Shown here piece after piece: positions 28,324-37,985 of a DNA stretch of 64,000 nt. The DNA is from Candidatus Eiseniibacteriota bacterium (lineage in GTDB: Bacteria > Eisenbacteria > RBG-16-71-46): assembly GCA_963717505.1 (NCBI GenBank), contig OY970342.1, positions 1,952,001-2,016,000 of the forward strand. The letters are read 5' to 3'. The notes beneath the pieces were generated by a model. It had not been told where the DNA came from, did not search any database, and saw nothing but the letters and a program-made list of their open reading frames with translations. Made by a program: the position numbers and the translations under genes. Position 1 is the stretch's first letter, and each line of letters begins with the position of its first letter.

Positions 28324-29598
28324 TCAGGCGCCCGCGGCCACGGCTGCTGAACGGACTTCGGCGCCGCCGGTGGCGCCGTTCGACGGCGTGCCACGATGCA
28401 GTCTTTGGTCGATGAGATCGCCGACGTGCTCGGCGAAGGGGAATGAGCACGTCCAGCCGGGCGACACCGCGTTCAACACGTGATACGAAGCGTCGTCGCC
28501 CTCGGTGTGGAAGTCCATCACCAGCGTGCGCTGTTCGACGTCGAGCAGCTGGGCGCGGATCCCCGGGCGGCCCCACCGGGTCCACTGATCCGGACGCATG
28601 CCCTCGAGCAGCTCGGCGGCCTGCGCGATCAGGTAGCGGCGATCGTACTTGCGGATCTCCTCGCGGGCAAGACCGCGGAAGTCGAAGCCGGCTCGCAGCA
28701 ACAGGCCGAGCGAGGCGCCCGCGACCTGCGCGGCTTCACCCGCGTCGAAATTCGAGAACAGTTCGTACTGCTCGCGCCACAGACACGGGATCGCGGTCGG
28801 GCCGATCTTCGCATGCCCATCCGCGGTGACCGTGAAGTGCACGCCGAGGAACGGATTCCTGAGATCGGGCACCGGGTAGACATTGGTGCGCAACGACCCG
28901 GTCGGCTCGTCGGAGTAGAGGTACAAACCCTTGAACGGCAGGATCTGGTAGCGGCGCGCGAAGCCGAAGTCGCGAGCGATGCGATCGGCGTAGAGCCCGG
29001 CGGCATTGACCAGGTAGCCCGTGCTGATCGGACCGGCGCTGCTCACCACGTCGCGCCCGCGGCGGCCGAGGTAGGCGACCCCGGTGCGCACGTCGATCCC
29101 GGCGCGGGCGGCGTCGTCGCGCAGCGCCGCCATCACCGGACGCGGATCGATGGTCGAGGTGGTCGGCGACCACAGGGCGCGCTCGAAAGTGCGCACGCGC
29201 GGCTCGATCGACCGGGCGGCGCGCTCGTCGATCAGCTCGAGCGGAACGCCGTTGGCATCCCCGCGCCGCTTGAGCTCGTCCAGGCTCGCCAACTCGCCGG
29301 CGTTGCGCGCGACCACCAGTTTGCCGCAACGATTGATCGCGATCCCATTCGCATCGCAGTATTCGTGCATGCGTAGGTTGCCGGCCCGGCAGAAGCGCGC
29401 TTTGAGGCTGTCCGCGGTGTAGTAGAAGCCCGCGTGCAGCACGCCGCTGTTGCGCCCACTGGCGTGCAGGCCGACCTCGGCTTCTTTTTCGAGCAGCTGG
29501 ATTTTCTCGCCCCGGTGGCGGCGGGCGAGGTCGAGCGCCAGGGTCAAACCCATGACGCCGCCGCCGACCACCAGGAAGTCGCAGGTCGCGCGGCTCAT
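28324..29598 (-). CDS. lhgO: L-2-hydroxyglutarate oxidase-family FAD oxidoreductase
   Basis: VVGGGVMG, HASGRNSGVLHAGFYY, LKARFC, CGKLVVA, YPVPDLRNPFLGVHFT, GIRAQ, HVLNAVSPGWT. Confidence 0.85.
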   Translation of the reverse strand: MSRATCDFLVVGGGVMGLTLALDLARRHRGEKIQLLEKEAEVGLHASGRNSGVLHAGFYYTADSLKARFCRAGNLRMHEYCDANGIAINRCGKLVVARNAGELASLDELKRRGDANGVPLELIDERAARSIEPRVRTFERALWSPTTSTIDPRPVMAALRDDAARAGIDVRTGVAYLGRRGRDVVSSAGPISTGYLVNAAGLYADRIARDFGFARRYQILPFKGLYLYSDEPTGSLRTNVYPVPDLRNPFLGVHFTVTADGHAKIGPTAIPCLWREQYELFSNFDAGEAAQVAGASLGLLLRAGFDFRGLAREEIRKYDRRYLIAQAAELLEGMRPDQWTRWGRPGIRAQLLDVEQRTLVMDFHTEGDDASYHVLNAVSPGWTCSFPFAEHVGDLIDQRLHRGTPSNGATGGAEVRSAAVAAGA

Positions 29599-30365
29599 TC
29601 CCACACCTTCCACGGCGCCTTGCCGCTGGCCCACAGCTCTTCCAGCTCGTGCTTCTCGCGCAGGGTGTCCATCGGCTGCCAGAAGCCGTCGTGCTGGAAC
29701 GCCATCAACTGGCTGTCGCGGGTCAGCCGCTCCATCGGGGCGCGCTCGAACGGCTCGTGATCGCCCTGGATGTAGTCGAACACCTTGGGCTCGAGCACGA
29801 AGAACCCGCCGTTGACCCAGCCCTCGGCGCCGGCCGGCTTCTCCTGGAACGACTCGACCCGGCCGTCGCGAATCGACATCAGGCCGAAGCGAGTCGGCGG
29901 ATGCACGGCGGTCACCGTCGCCACCTTGCCGTGCTTCTTGTGGAACGCCAGCAGATCTTTGAGCGGCACGTTGCCGAGCCCGTCGCCATAGGTCGCCATG
30001 AAAGTCTCGTTGCCGATCCACTCGCGCAGTCGGCCGATCCGCCCGCCGGTCATGGTCTCGGCACCGGTGTCCACCAGGTGGACCTTCCACGACGGCTGGC
30101 GCCCGTGGTGGACCGTGGTCGCACCCGAAGCCAGGTCAATGGTGAGGTCATTGTGGGCGGCGTAGGAGTCGAGGAAATACCGCTTGATCAGCTCGCCCTT
30201 GTAGCCGAGAGCGATCACGAACTCGCGAAAGCCGTGGTGGGCGTAGTGGCTCATGATGTGCCACAGGATCGGACGGCCGCCGATCTCGACCATGGGCTTG
30301 GGCCGCACGGCAGTCTCCTCGGCGAGGCGCGTGCCGAGACCGCCGGCGAGAATCGCGACTTTCAA
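29595..30365 (-). CDS. rfbF: Glucose-1-phosphate cytidylyltransferase
   Basis: ILAGGLGTRLAEET, PKPMVEIGGRPILWHIM, TMTGGR, TYGDG, FWQPMDTLREK, APWKVW. Confidence 0.95.
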   Translation of the reverse strand: MKVAILAGGLGTRLAEETAVRPKPMVEIGGRPILWHIMSHYAHHGFREFVIALGYKGELIKRYFLDSYAAHNDLTIDLASGATTVHHGRQPSWKVHLVDTGAETMTGGRIGRLREWIGNETFMATYGDGLGNVPLKDLLAFHKKHGKVATVTAVHPPTRFGLMSIRDGRVESFQEKPAGAEGWVNGGFFVLEPKVFDYIQGDHEPFERAPMERLTRDSQLMAFQHDGFWQPMDTLREKHELEELWASGKAPWKVWE

Positions 30366-30632
30366 CGGTTCACCTGGAGGGTTGGGGTGGTGTCGGGACC
30401 GGCGGGCAGCCGGGAAGTCTGCCGCGGGCCATCGCCTCGGGTCCCGCGAACGGGAAAGCGTACACGGTCCCGCAAGCCCAGCGCGAACAAGGCCCTACGG
30501 TTTTCGGCATGCCCGGCGGAAGCCTTGACCCCGGGACCGCCTTCCCGAAAGATAGCGTGCTCGAATGGTACCGCGTCCTGCCGACTCGCGCAGCGTTTCC
30601 CTGCCCCGGGTTTTCGAGCCCTCGAGCCCCCC

Positions 30633-31763
30633 ATGAGAGTCGTCCAGCTCTACAAGGACTACTACCCGCCCACCGTCGGCGGCATCGAGCAGACCGTGCA
30701 GCGGATCGCGGTCGAACTGGTCCGCCGAGGCGACCAGGTGACCGTGCTGACGTCCCACCCTGGGTCGCGGACCACCGTCGACGAAACCGTCCAGGGCATC
30801 CGCGTCATTCGCTGCGGCGAGTGGACGCGCGCTTGGTCGACCCCGTTCTGCCCCGACATGCCGCGGGTGCTGTCGCGGCTCGACGCCGACCTCTTCCACC
30901 TTCACTATCCGAGCCCACCGGGGGAGATCAGCTGGCTTTCGGTGCGGCCGCGCGGCGCGATGGTCGTCACCTGGCACGGCGACATCATCCGCCAGAAGGC
31001 CGTATTGCCTCTCTACGGCCATGTCGTGCGCCAGATCCTGAGGAGCGCTGATGCCGTGATGCAGACCTACGAGCGCCAGGCCGATGTCTCGCCGTTTCTC
31101 GGCGCGTTCCGGTCCAAGTGCACGGTGGTCCCGCTCGGAATCGAGTTGGACCCGTTCGAGCGCCGGCCCGAGCACGAAGCACGTGCGGCCGAGCTGCGGA
31201 GCCGCTACGGCACGCCGCTGGTGTTGTTCGTCGGTCGCCTGGTCGGATACAAAGGCGTCGACGTCCTGTTGCGCGCGATGCAACAGGTCGACGGCCGGCT
31301 GTTGATCGTCGGGGGCGGACCGGAGAAGCCGCGACTCGAAGCGATGGTCCAATCCCTCGGCCTCGCCGACCGCGTCACGCTGATCGGCCGTGTCGAGCCG
31401 AGCCAGGTGGTGCACTACCTGGCGGCCGCCGACGTCGGCGTGCTGCCCTCGATCGGCTCCCAGGAGACATTCGGCCTGTCGATGGTCGAGATGATGGCGC
31501 ACGGACTGCCGGTGGTGTGCACCGAACTCAACACCGGAACATCGTTCGTCAACCAGAACGGCGAATCGGGTCTGGTGGTCAAGTCGGGCGATCCGCAGGC
31601 GCTGGCCGATGCGCTCAACCAGATGCTACGCGACGATGGGCTGCGGCGGCGTCTGGGGCACGGCGCGTACGAACGCGCGCACCGGATGTTCACCACCGAC
31701 GCCATGATGCGCCGGCTGCTCGAAGTCTACGAGTCGGTGCTCGCGCGCCGTCGGGCGGCCTAG
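30633..31763 (+). CDS. Glycosyltransferase family 4
   Basis: KDYYPPTVGGIE, HLHYP, FVGRLVGYKG, ETFGLSMVEMM. Confidence 0.9.
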   Translation: MRVVQLYKDYYPPTVGGIEQTVQRIAVELVRRGDQVTVLTSHPGSRTTVDETVQGIRVIRCGEWTRAWSTPFCPDMPRVLSRLDADLFHLHYPSPPGEISWLSVRPRGAMVVTWHGDIIRQKAVLPLYGHVVRQILRSADAVMQTYERQADVSPFLGAFRSKCTVVPLGIELDPFERRPEHEARAAELRSRYGTPLVLFVGRLVGYKGVDVLLRAMQQVDGRLLIVGGGPEKPRLEAMVQSLGLADRVTLIGRVEPSQVVHYLAAADVGVLPSIGSQETFGLSMVEMMAHGLPVVCTELNTGTSFVNQNGESGLVVKSGDPQALADALNQMLRDDGLRRRLGHGAYERAHRMFTTDAMMRRLLEVYESVLARRRAA

Positions 31764-31778
31764 GCCGAGGCCGGGGTT

Positions 31779-33176
31779 ATGCTCGCCCGACATCGCGATC
31801 TGTTCGCCACCGGGCTGTTCGTGCTCGACGCCGTAGTGTTCTACGGCGCGTGGATGGCGGCCTATGCGCTGCGCTTTCACCTGCTCGGGCTGGCCGCACC
31901 CCGCGGAATACCCCCGATCGAGCTCTACCTGTGGTTCGGGGCGGTGCTCACGCCGGTGGCGCTCATCGTGCTCCGCACGTTCCGGCTCTATCGCTCGGCG
32001 CGCACCGCACGGCTCGGCCAGGAGTTGTTCGCGCTGACCCAGGCGGTCGCCGCCACAACTCTCGTCGCCGGCGTCGCGTCGTTCTTCACCCGCGGCGAGC
32101 TCTCGCGGCTCACGCTCCTGATCTTCGCTGCGGTCGCATTGATCGCGCTGTTCACGAGCCGGCTCGCGATCCGTTTCGTACTGCGGGCGTTGCGACGCGG
32201 CGGGCGCAACCTGCGCCACGCGCTGGTGGTCGGCACCGGGGACCTGGCGCGTGCGCTGATCGAGAAGCTTGCGGCTCATCGCGACTTCGGGATCGTGGTT
32301 TCGGGCGTGGTCGCCGAGCGCGCCGGTGCCGGCGCGGAGGTCGGCGGGGCGCGCGTGGTCGGCACGGTCGCCGAGCTGCCGGCGCTGGTCGAAGAACTGC
32401 GCGCCGAGCTGGTCTACCTGGCGTTGCCACGCGCCGAGTGGCAGGCCGAGGAGGTGGCGCTCGAAGGCCTCGCCGACTCGACCGCGGCGGTGCGCCTGGT
32501 GCCCGACTTGGGGCGTGCGTTCACGCTCAACGCCACGGTCGAGGACTTCGACGGCACGCCGGTGGTGTTGGTCACCGAAAGCCCGGGACAGGGGTGGAAC
32601 GCGGTCGCCAAGCGCGTGTTCGACTTCGCGCTCTCGACCGCGGGCCTGGTCGTCCTCTCGCCGGTGCTGGCGGCGATTGCGATTTGGGTGCGGCTCGATT
32701 CACCGGGGCCGGTGCTCTATCGGCAGGAGCGAGTGGGTCTGAACGGCCGGCGTTTCGGGATGCTCAAGTTCCGCACCATGCGGCTCGACGCCGACTCAGG
32801 CGCTACTCCGGAGTGGTCACGACCCGACGACCCGCGGCGCACGCGCGCCGGGCGCATTCTGCGACCGCTGTCGCTCGACGAGCTGCCGCAGCTCTGGAAC
32901 GTGTTCCTCGGCCAGATGAGCCTGGTCGGCCCGCGTCCCGAGCAGCCCTACTACGTCGAGCGCTTCCGCGCTTCGGTACCGCGCTACATGCTGCGCCATC
33001 ACGTGAAGGCCGGCATCACCGGCTGGGCGCAGATCCACGGTCTGCGCGGCGACACGCCGCTCGAGCGGCGGATCGAGTACGACCTCTACTACATCCGCAA
33101 TTGGTCGATCCTGCTCGACCTCAAGATCCTGTTCCTGACCGTGGTGCGCGTGTTCCGCGACGCGAGTGCCCACTAG
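31779..33176 (+). CDS. wcaJ: Undecaprenyl-phosphate glucose phosphotransferase (WcaJ-type initiating transferase)
   Basis: KRVFD, KFRTM, SLDELPQLWNV, MSLVGPRPE, KAGITGWAQ, DLYYIRNWS. Confidence 0.9.
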   Translation: MLARHRDLFATGLFVLDAVVFYGAWMAAYALRFHLLGLAAPRGIPPIELYLWFGAVLTPVALIVLRTFRLYRSARTARLGQELFALTQAVAATTLVAGVASFFTRGELSRLTLLIFAAVALIALFTSRLAIRFVLRALRRGGRNLRHALVVGTGDLARALIEKLAAHRDFGIVVSGVVAERAGAGAEVGGARVVGTVAELPALVEELRAELVYLALPRAEWQAEEVALEGLADSTAAVRLVPDLGRAFTLNATVEDFDGTPVVLVTESPGQGWNAVAKRVFDFALSTAGLVVLSPVLAAIAIWVRLDSPGPVLYRQERVGLNGRRFGMLKFRTMRLDADSGATPEWSRPDDPRRTRAGRILRPLSLDELPQLWNVFLGQMSLVGPRPEQPYYVERFRASVPRYMLRHHVKAGITGWAQIHGLRGDTPLERRIEYDLYYIRNWSILLDLKILFLTVVRVFRDASAH

Positions 33177-33181
33177 ACGCC

Positions 33182-34933
33182 ATGAAACGCTACGAAGAAC
33201 GGATGGACCCAGAGACCGGCGAGCGGTACCTCGCGCTCTTCGAGCGCGGCGAGAGGATCAAGGACGATCCGCTGCTCAATAAGGGCACCTGCTTCACCCG
33301 CGAAGAACGAGAGCAGCTCGGGCTGCAGGGGCTGCTGCCTCCGGCGGTGCAATCGCCTGACGAACAGGCGTCCCGTGCCTACGAGAACTATTCGAAGGCT
33401 GGAGATCCGGTCCAGCGCTACCTGTTCCTTGCCGGGCTTCAAGACCGCAACGAAGTCCTGTTCCATCGCCTGGTGCTCGACCACCTCGACGAGATGATCC
33501 CCATCATTTACACGCCCACGGTCGGCAAGGCCTGCGAGCAGTACAGCCACATCTATCGCCGCGCTCGTGGTGTCTATGTGTCCGCCGACGACCGCGGGCA
33601 CGTCCTCCGACTGCTGCGCAACGCCAGTCGCATGGAGCCGCGGGTCATCGTGATCACCGACAACGAGGCGATCCTCGGAATCGGAGATCAAGGTGTGGGC
33701 GGCATGCCGATTGCGATTGGCAAGCTCGCGCTCTACTCGGTCGGGGCAGGGATCCATCCCGCTCACTGCCTGCCGATCGACATTGACGTCGGGACGGACA
33801 ACCCGGCGCTCCTGGGAGATCCCCTCTACCTTGGGGTGCCGAGACGCAGGATGCGCGGTGCACCCTACTTCGATCTGCTCGATGAACTGGTCGAGGCCAT
33901 CGCTCAGGCCTTCCCCCATGCGCTGGTGCAGTGGGAGGACTTCGCGAATCGCACCGCGTTTCAGGTTCTGGAGCGCTATCGCCGGCGGCTGCCGTCGTTC
34001 GACGACGACATCCAGGGCACCGGAGCCGTGGTGGCGGCCGGGATTCAAAGCGCCGCACGCCAGGTCGGCCGGCGGTTCGAAGACGAGCGGATCGTGTTCT
34101 ATGGCGCCGGGGCGGCGGGTGGCGGTTCGGCGCTGGCGATTCGGCACGCCTTGCGCGAGGCCGGCGTGTCGGAAGGTGCACAGTCGCGTCAGGTTCTGTG
34201 TCTCGACTCCCACGGTTTGATCGTTGCCGATCGGTCCGGGCTCGAGTACCCCAAGCGGGAGCTGGCGGTCGATCCATCGATGGCGGCGAAGTGGCCGCGC
34301 GCGAGTGATGGGACGCTGGGGCTGGCTCAGGTGGTTCGCGCGTTTCGACCCACGGTGCTGGTTGGCACCTCGGGGCAGCAAGGCGCCTTTCGCGAGGAGA
34401 TCGTGCGCGACATGCAGGCCGGATGCGAACGGCCGGTGTTCCTGGCGCTGTCGAATCCCACGAGCAAGGCGGAGGCGCGCCCCGATGAGTTGCTCCGGTG
34501 GACGAACGGCGCGGCCGTGATCGGCACCGGCAGCCCGTTCCCACCCGCACAACACGCGGGCCGGACGTACACGATCGGCCAGGGGAACAACGCGCTCGTG
34601 TTCCCCGGCGTGGGGCTCGGCGCCACCGCGGTACGCGCCCGCTGGTTGCCCGACGAGGCGTTTTCGGCTGCGAGCCGCTCGCTCCACGAGTTCACCGTAC
34701 GTGAGGTTGGTACGGCGGCCGGCAGTCCGATCTACCCCTCGCTCAACCGGCTGCGCGACGTGTCGCGCGAGGTGGCTGTGGCCGTGGGCTGCGCACTGAT
34801 CGAGCAGGAGGCAGCCCCGCACCTGACGCGCTCCGAGGTCGAGAAGCGCGTGACCGAGTCGATGTGGGAGCCCAAGTACCTGCCTTATCGGGCGGCGACC
34901 GCAGCCGGGAAGGAAGAGATCCTGGATCGGTAG
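33182..34933 (+). CDS. maeA: NAD-dependent malic enzyme
   Basis: PLLNKGTCF, LQDRNEVLF, PIIYTPTVG, ILGIGDQG, QWEDFA, FDDDIQGTG, GAGAAG, LSNPTSKAE, QGNNALVFPG. Confidence 0.93.
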   Translation: MKRYEERMDPETGERYLALFERGERIKDDPLLNKGTCFTREEREQLGLQGLLPPAVQSPDEQASRAYENYSKAGDPVQRYLFLAGLQDRNEVLFHRLVLDHLDEMIPIIYTPTVGKACEQYSHIYRRARGVYVSADDRGHVLRLLRNASRMEPRVIVITDNEAILGIGDQGVGGMPIAIGKLALYSVGAGIHPAHCLPIDIDVGTDNPALLGDPLYLGVPRRRMRGAPYFDLLDELVEAIAQAFPHALVQWEDFANRTAFQVLERYRRRLPSFDDDIQGTGAVVAAGIQSAARQVGRRFEDERIVFYGAGAAGGGSALAIRHALREAGVSEGAQSRQVLCLDSHGLIVADRSGLEYPKRELAVDPSMAAKWPRASDGTLGLAQVVRAFRPTVLVGTSGQQGAFREEIVRDMQAGCERPVFLALSNPTSKAEARPDELLRWTNGAAVIGTGSPFPPAQHAGRTYTIGQGNNALVFPGVGLGATAVRARWLPDEAFSAASRSLHEFTVREVGTAAGSPIYPSLNRLRDVSREVAVAVGCALIEQEAAPHLTRSEVEKRVTESMWEPKYLPYRAATAAGKEEILDR

Positions 34934-34969
34934 TTTCTCGCCGCGCATGTTGCGCGGCGCCAGCACGCA

Positions 34970-36106
34970 TTACCGCAGGGCGTCGGCGTAGGCGGCGAGC
35001 GTGGCAGCAGCGGTCTTTTGCCATGTGAACGCACGCGCGCGCTCGCGGCCGCGCTGGGCGAGCGACACGCGGCGTACGGAATCGGGGAGCAAGGTCGTGA
35101 TCGCCGCGGCCCAGCGTTCGGGATCGCGCGGCTCGAGCACATCCGCGGCGTCGCCGACCGCTTCGGGCAGCGAGCCGCCGTTCGACGACAGCACCGGCAC
35201 GCCGCACGCCATTGCCTCCAAAGGCGGCAGGCCGAAGCCCTCGGACAGCGACGGATGAACGTAGAGCGTGGCCCCGGAGTAGAGCAACGCCAACGTTTCG
35301 TCGTCGGCCGGCTCGCCCGCGAAGTGCACCGCACTCGCGATGTCCAGGCTCGCCGCGAGCCGCGCCAATTCCTGATCGGGCTGCCAAGGGGTTCCCGACA
35401 GAACCAGCGGCGGTCTTTGGCCCGCCGGCATCGCCGCCAGGGCGCGCAGCAGCAGCTCGAGGTTCTTGTGCCGCCGGCGCGCGCCGACGTAGAGCAGGTA
35501 ATCGGCGGGCAGGTTCCGTTGCCGGCGGAACGCCTCGATATCGGCGCGCGGTCTCGGCCCGAACTTCTCCGCGACCCCGAGCGGAATCACGCGCACCTTG
35601 GATTCGGGCACGCCGAGCAGCTCGACGATGTCGCGGCGCGTGTGCTCCGAGTCCGCGATCACCACGCGTGCGCGCCGTGCGGCGAGCGAGGCCACCACGC
35701 GCGCGTAGGCCGCGGCCCCCGCGGGGAAGAACTGCGGGTAGCGGACGTGGATCAGGTCGTGAATCGTGACCACCGCGGGTCCGCTCCACAAGAGCGGCAG
35801 CGTGTAGTGCGGCGCGTGCAGCAAGTCGGCGCCCGCGCGGCGCGCCGCGCCCGCCACCACCCAGTGCTCGGCGAGCGAGTACTTGCCGGCGCGCACCGGG
35901 ATCTCGTGAACGGGGCCGCGCCACCGCACGCGCCCGAGATCGGCGGGATCGACTAGCGCCGTCCAGCGATGGCTGTGTGCCCCGGCCGGATCATCGCCGG
36001 TGCCGGGCGCGGCGGGTGTGCCGGCGGCCAGCGCCTGGAGCAGATTCCGGATGTACGTGCCGATGCCGCCGTCGAACAGCTTGCGGGCGTCGAGTGCCAC
36101 GTTCAT
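34970..36106 (-). CDS. Glycosyltransferase family 4 (mannosyl/rhamnosyltransferase-like)
   Basis: GGIGTY, VVTIHDLIH, HKNL, PSLSEGFGLPPLEAMACG. Confidence 0.9.
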   Translation of the reverse strand: MNVALDARKLFDGGIGTYIRNLLQALAAGTPAAPGTGDDPAGAHSHRWTALVDPADLGRVRWRGPVHEIPVRAGKYSLAEHWVVAGAARRAGADLLHAPHYTLPLLWSGPAVVTIHDLIHVRYPQFFPAGAAAYARVVASLAARRARVVIADSEHTRRDIVELLGVPESKVRVIPLGVAEKFGPRPRADIEAFRRQRNLPADYLLYVGARRRHKNLELLLRALAAMPAGQRPPLVLSGTPWQPDQELARLAASLDIASAVHFAGEPADDETLALLYSGATLYVHPSLSEGFGLPPLEAMACGVPVLSSNGGSLPEAVGDAADVLEPRDPERWAAAITTLLPDSVRRVSLAQRGRERARAFTWQKTAAATLAAYADALR

Positions 36107-36984
36107 GCGCGACTCCGCGCGCGCCGGTAGTCGCGAAAACCGTCGCGGCGGCCGCGGAACGAGGCGAGATAGCGTCGAGCGACCAGCGGCCGGAAGGTGA
36201 TCGCCGACAAGACCGCGCCGCCGAGCGCGCGCACCAGGTAGCGGCGGTGCATGGCCTGTATCGCGGCCCCGAGCGGGCCGTTCGCGTGTTTGGCGAACAG
36301 CGCCCCCCAGCCGCGCCCGTACGATTCCGCGCGCGCGATGCCGGCGCGCGCGTCGCGAACCACGTAAGGATCGGGGTGCGTGACGCGGGCCGCGGGAACG
36401 TAGACACCGCGCCCGCCGGCGGCGAGCAGCCGGAACAGGAGATCGCTCTCTTCGCCGCTTCCCCACGTGGCCCCCAGCCCGAATTGCTCGTCGAAGCCGC
36501 CGGCGCGGTCGAACGCGTCGCGTCGCACGAGCAGTCCGGGGCTGAACACGGTTCGCAAGACGTCGGCGGGGGTCGCGAGTACGCGCTCGCGTCCGTCGAG
36601 CCCGACCATGACCGGGCGGCCGTCGGGCGTGGTGACCTGGGTGCAGGCGAATGCAGCTTCCGGATGACGTGCGAGTCCGGCGGTGATCTCGGCGAGCAGC
36701 GTCAGCGCCACCGTGCAGTCGTCGTCGGGAAAGTAGAGCCACGGACTTTGCGTGCGCGTGATCGCGGCATTGCGAGCGCGCGAGAGCCCCGGTGGCGACA
36801 GATGCAGGTACTGGGCGCCCAGGGCGCGAACCTCGGACTCGAGGCTCGGCTCGCGCGACTGGTCGGCGACCACGATCTCGGCGAACACCGGGCGCGCCGC
36901 CACCAGCGTGCGCAGGCAAGTCAACGCCAGCTCGGGTCGATCGAGCGTCGGAAGGATCGCGGCGCAGGCCAGCGTGTCGTTCAT
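36103..36984 (-). CDS. Glycosyltransferase family 2
   Basis: ILPTLDR, VADQS, GLSRARN, FPDDDC, GGFDEQFG, SGEESD. Confidence 0.87.
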   Translation of the reverse strand: MNDTLACAAILPTLDRPELALTCLRTLVAARPVFAEIVVADQSREPSLESEVRALGAQYLHLSPPGLSRARNAAITRTQSPWLYFPDDDCTVALTLLAEITAGLARHPEAAFACTQVTTPDGRPVMVGLDGRERVLATPADVLRTVFSPGLLVRRDAFDRAGGFDEQFGLGATWGSGEESDLLFRLLAAGGRGVYVPAARVTHPDPYVVRDARAGIARAESYGRGWGALFAKHANGPLGAAIQAMHRRYLVRALGGAVLSAITFRPLVARRYLASFRGRRDGFRDYRRARSRA

Positions 36985-37985
36985 CCGCGCGACCAGGTCC
37001 AGCGATGCCAGACGCCGCGTGCGCGGTCGAGCGCGCGCTTGCCGCCGAGCCCGAGCAACAGGGCCTTGAACCACAGCGACGGACTGGTCAGCCAGCAGGC
37101 AAGCACCCCGAGGCGCGCCTTCGAGCCAAATCGCTCGCCCAGCAACCGCGTGAACGTCGCCGCAGCAGCCGGATCTCCTTGAGTCAACACCGCGTTCAGG
37201 TAGCGCGTCACGTACTGCCGCAGCGCGCTGCGGCGCCACCGGCGCAGCCGCTTGCCGCGGTGTCCGGCGGCGCGCGCCGCGGCGTAGGGCGACAGGATCG
37301 AATCGAGATTCGCGACGTGTGCTTCGGAGTCGAGCGCCTTCGAGGCATTGAAGTCGTGCCCGCGCCACTCGCCGGCGATGCGGCCGAGCAGCACGACGTT
37401 GCCTTCCAGGCACAGTCGGCGCAGCGACTCCCAGTCCGAGCTCTGGATGTCGTGGGTGTAGAACCCGATCGCACGCGCGCGCTCGGCGTGGTAGAGCGAT
37501 CCCAGGTGCGGCACCACCTGCTCCGGCGAGCGCCAGCGCAGGAAGAACCGCCAGCCATCGACGTGCTCGACCGCGCGCCGGGTCGGGACCCGATCGCGAT
37601 AGCGTCCGTCCGCTTCGCGCGAACGCTGTCCGCCGATCGCCAGCACCGAGTCGGCTCGCAGCTCGCGCACTGCCGCGCTCACGAAACCCGGGTCGATCAG
37701 CACGTCGTCGCCGTCCAGGTTCAGCACCCATTCTCCGCGCGCCGCCGCGAGCAGCGATCGATAGTTGCCGACGCGACCCAGGTTGGTCGGGTTGCGCGCG
37801 ACGCGAACGCGGGGATGGCGTGCGGCGCGCTCGATCGCCTGATAGGTGCCGTCGGGCGAGGCGTTGTCGTGCACCAGCACTTCGAGCGAGGCGTAGTCCT
37901 GTGCCAGCGCGCTGGCGATCGCCTCGCCGATGGTGTCCGCCTGGCAGTAGGCGGGAATCATGATGGTGACCAAGGGGGTGTTCAT
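36981..37985 (-). CDS. Glycosyltransferase family 2
   Basis: VTIMIPAY, HDNASPDGT, NLGRVGNY, NLDGDD. Confidence 0.87.
   Translation of the reverse strand: MNTPLVTIMIPAYCQADTIGEAIASALAQDYASLEVLVHDNASPDGTYQAIERAARHPRVRVARNPTNLGRVGNYRSLLAAARGEWVLNLDGDDVLIDPGFVSAAVRELRADSVLAIGGQRSREADGRYRDRVPTRRAVEHVDGWRFFLRWRSPEQVVPHLGSLYHAERARAIGFYTHDIQSSDWESLRRLCLEGNVVLLGRIAGEWRGHDFNASKALDSEAHVANLDSILSPYAAARAAGHRGKRLRRWRRSALRQYVTRYLNAVLTQGDPAAAATFTRLLGERFGSKARLGVLACWLTSPSLWFKALLLGLGGKRALDRARGVWHRWTWSRG

Noticed and set aside
30470-30500. Degenerate dyad CGCAAGCCC-N8-CAAGGCCCTACG (IHF-like) in the rfbF/GT4 divergent region
   Set aside because: Too many mismatches to support from a single instance
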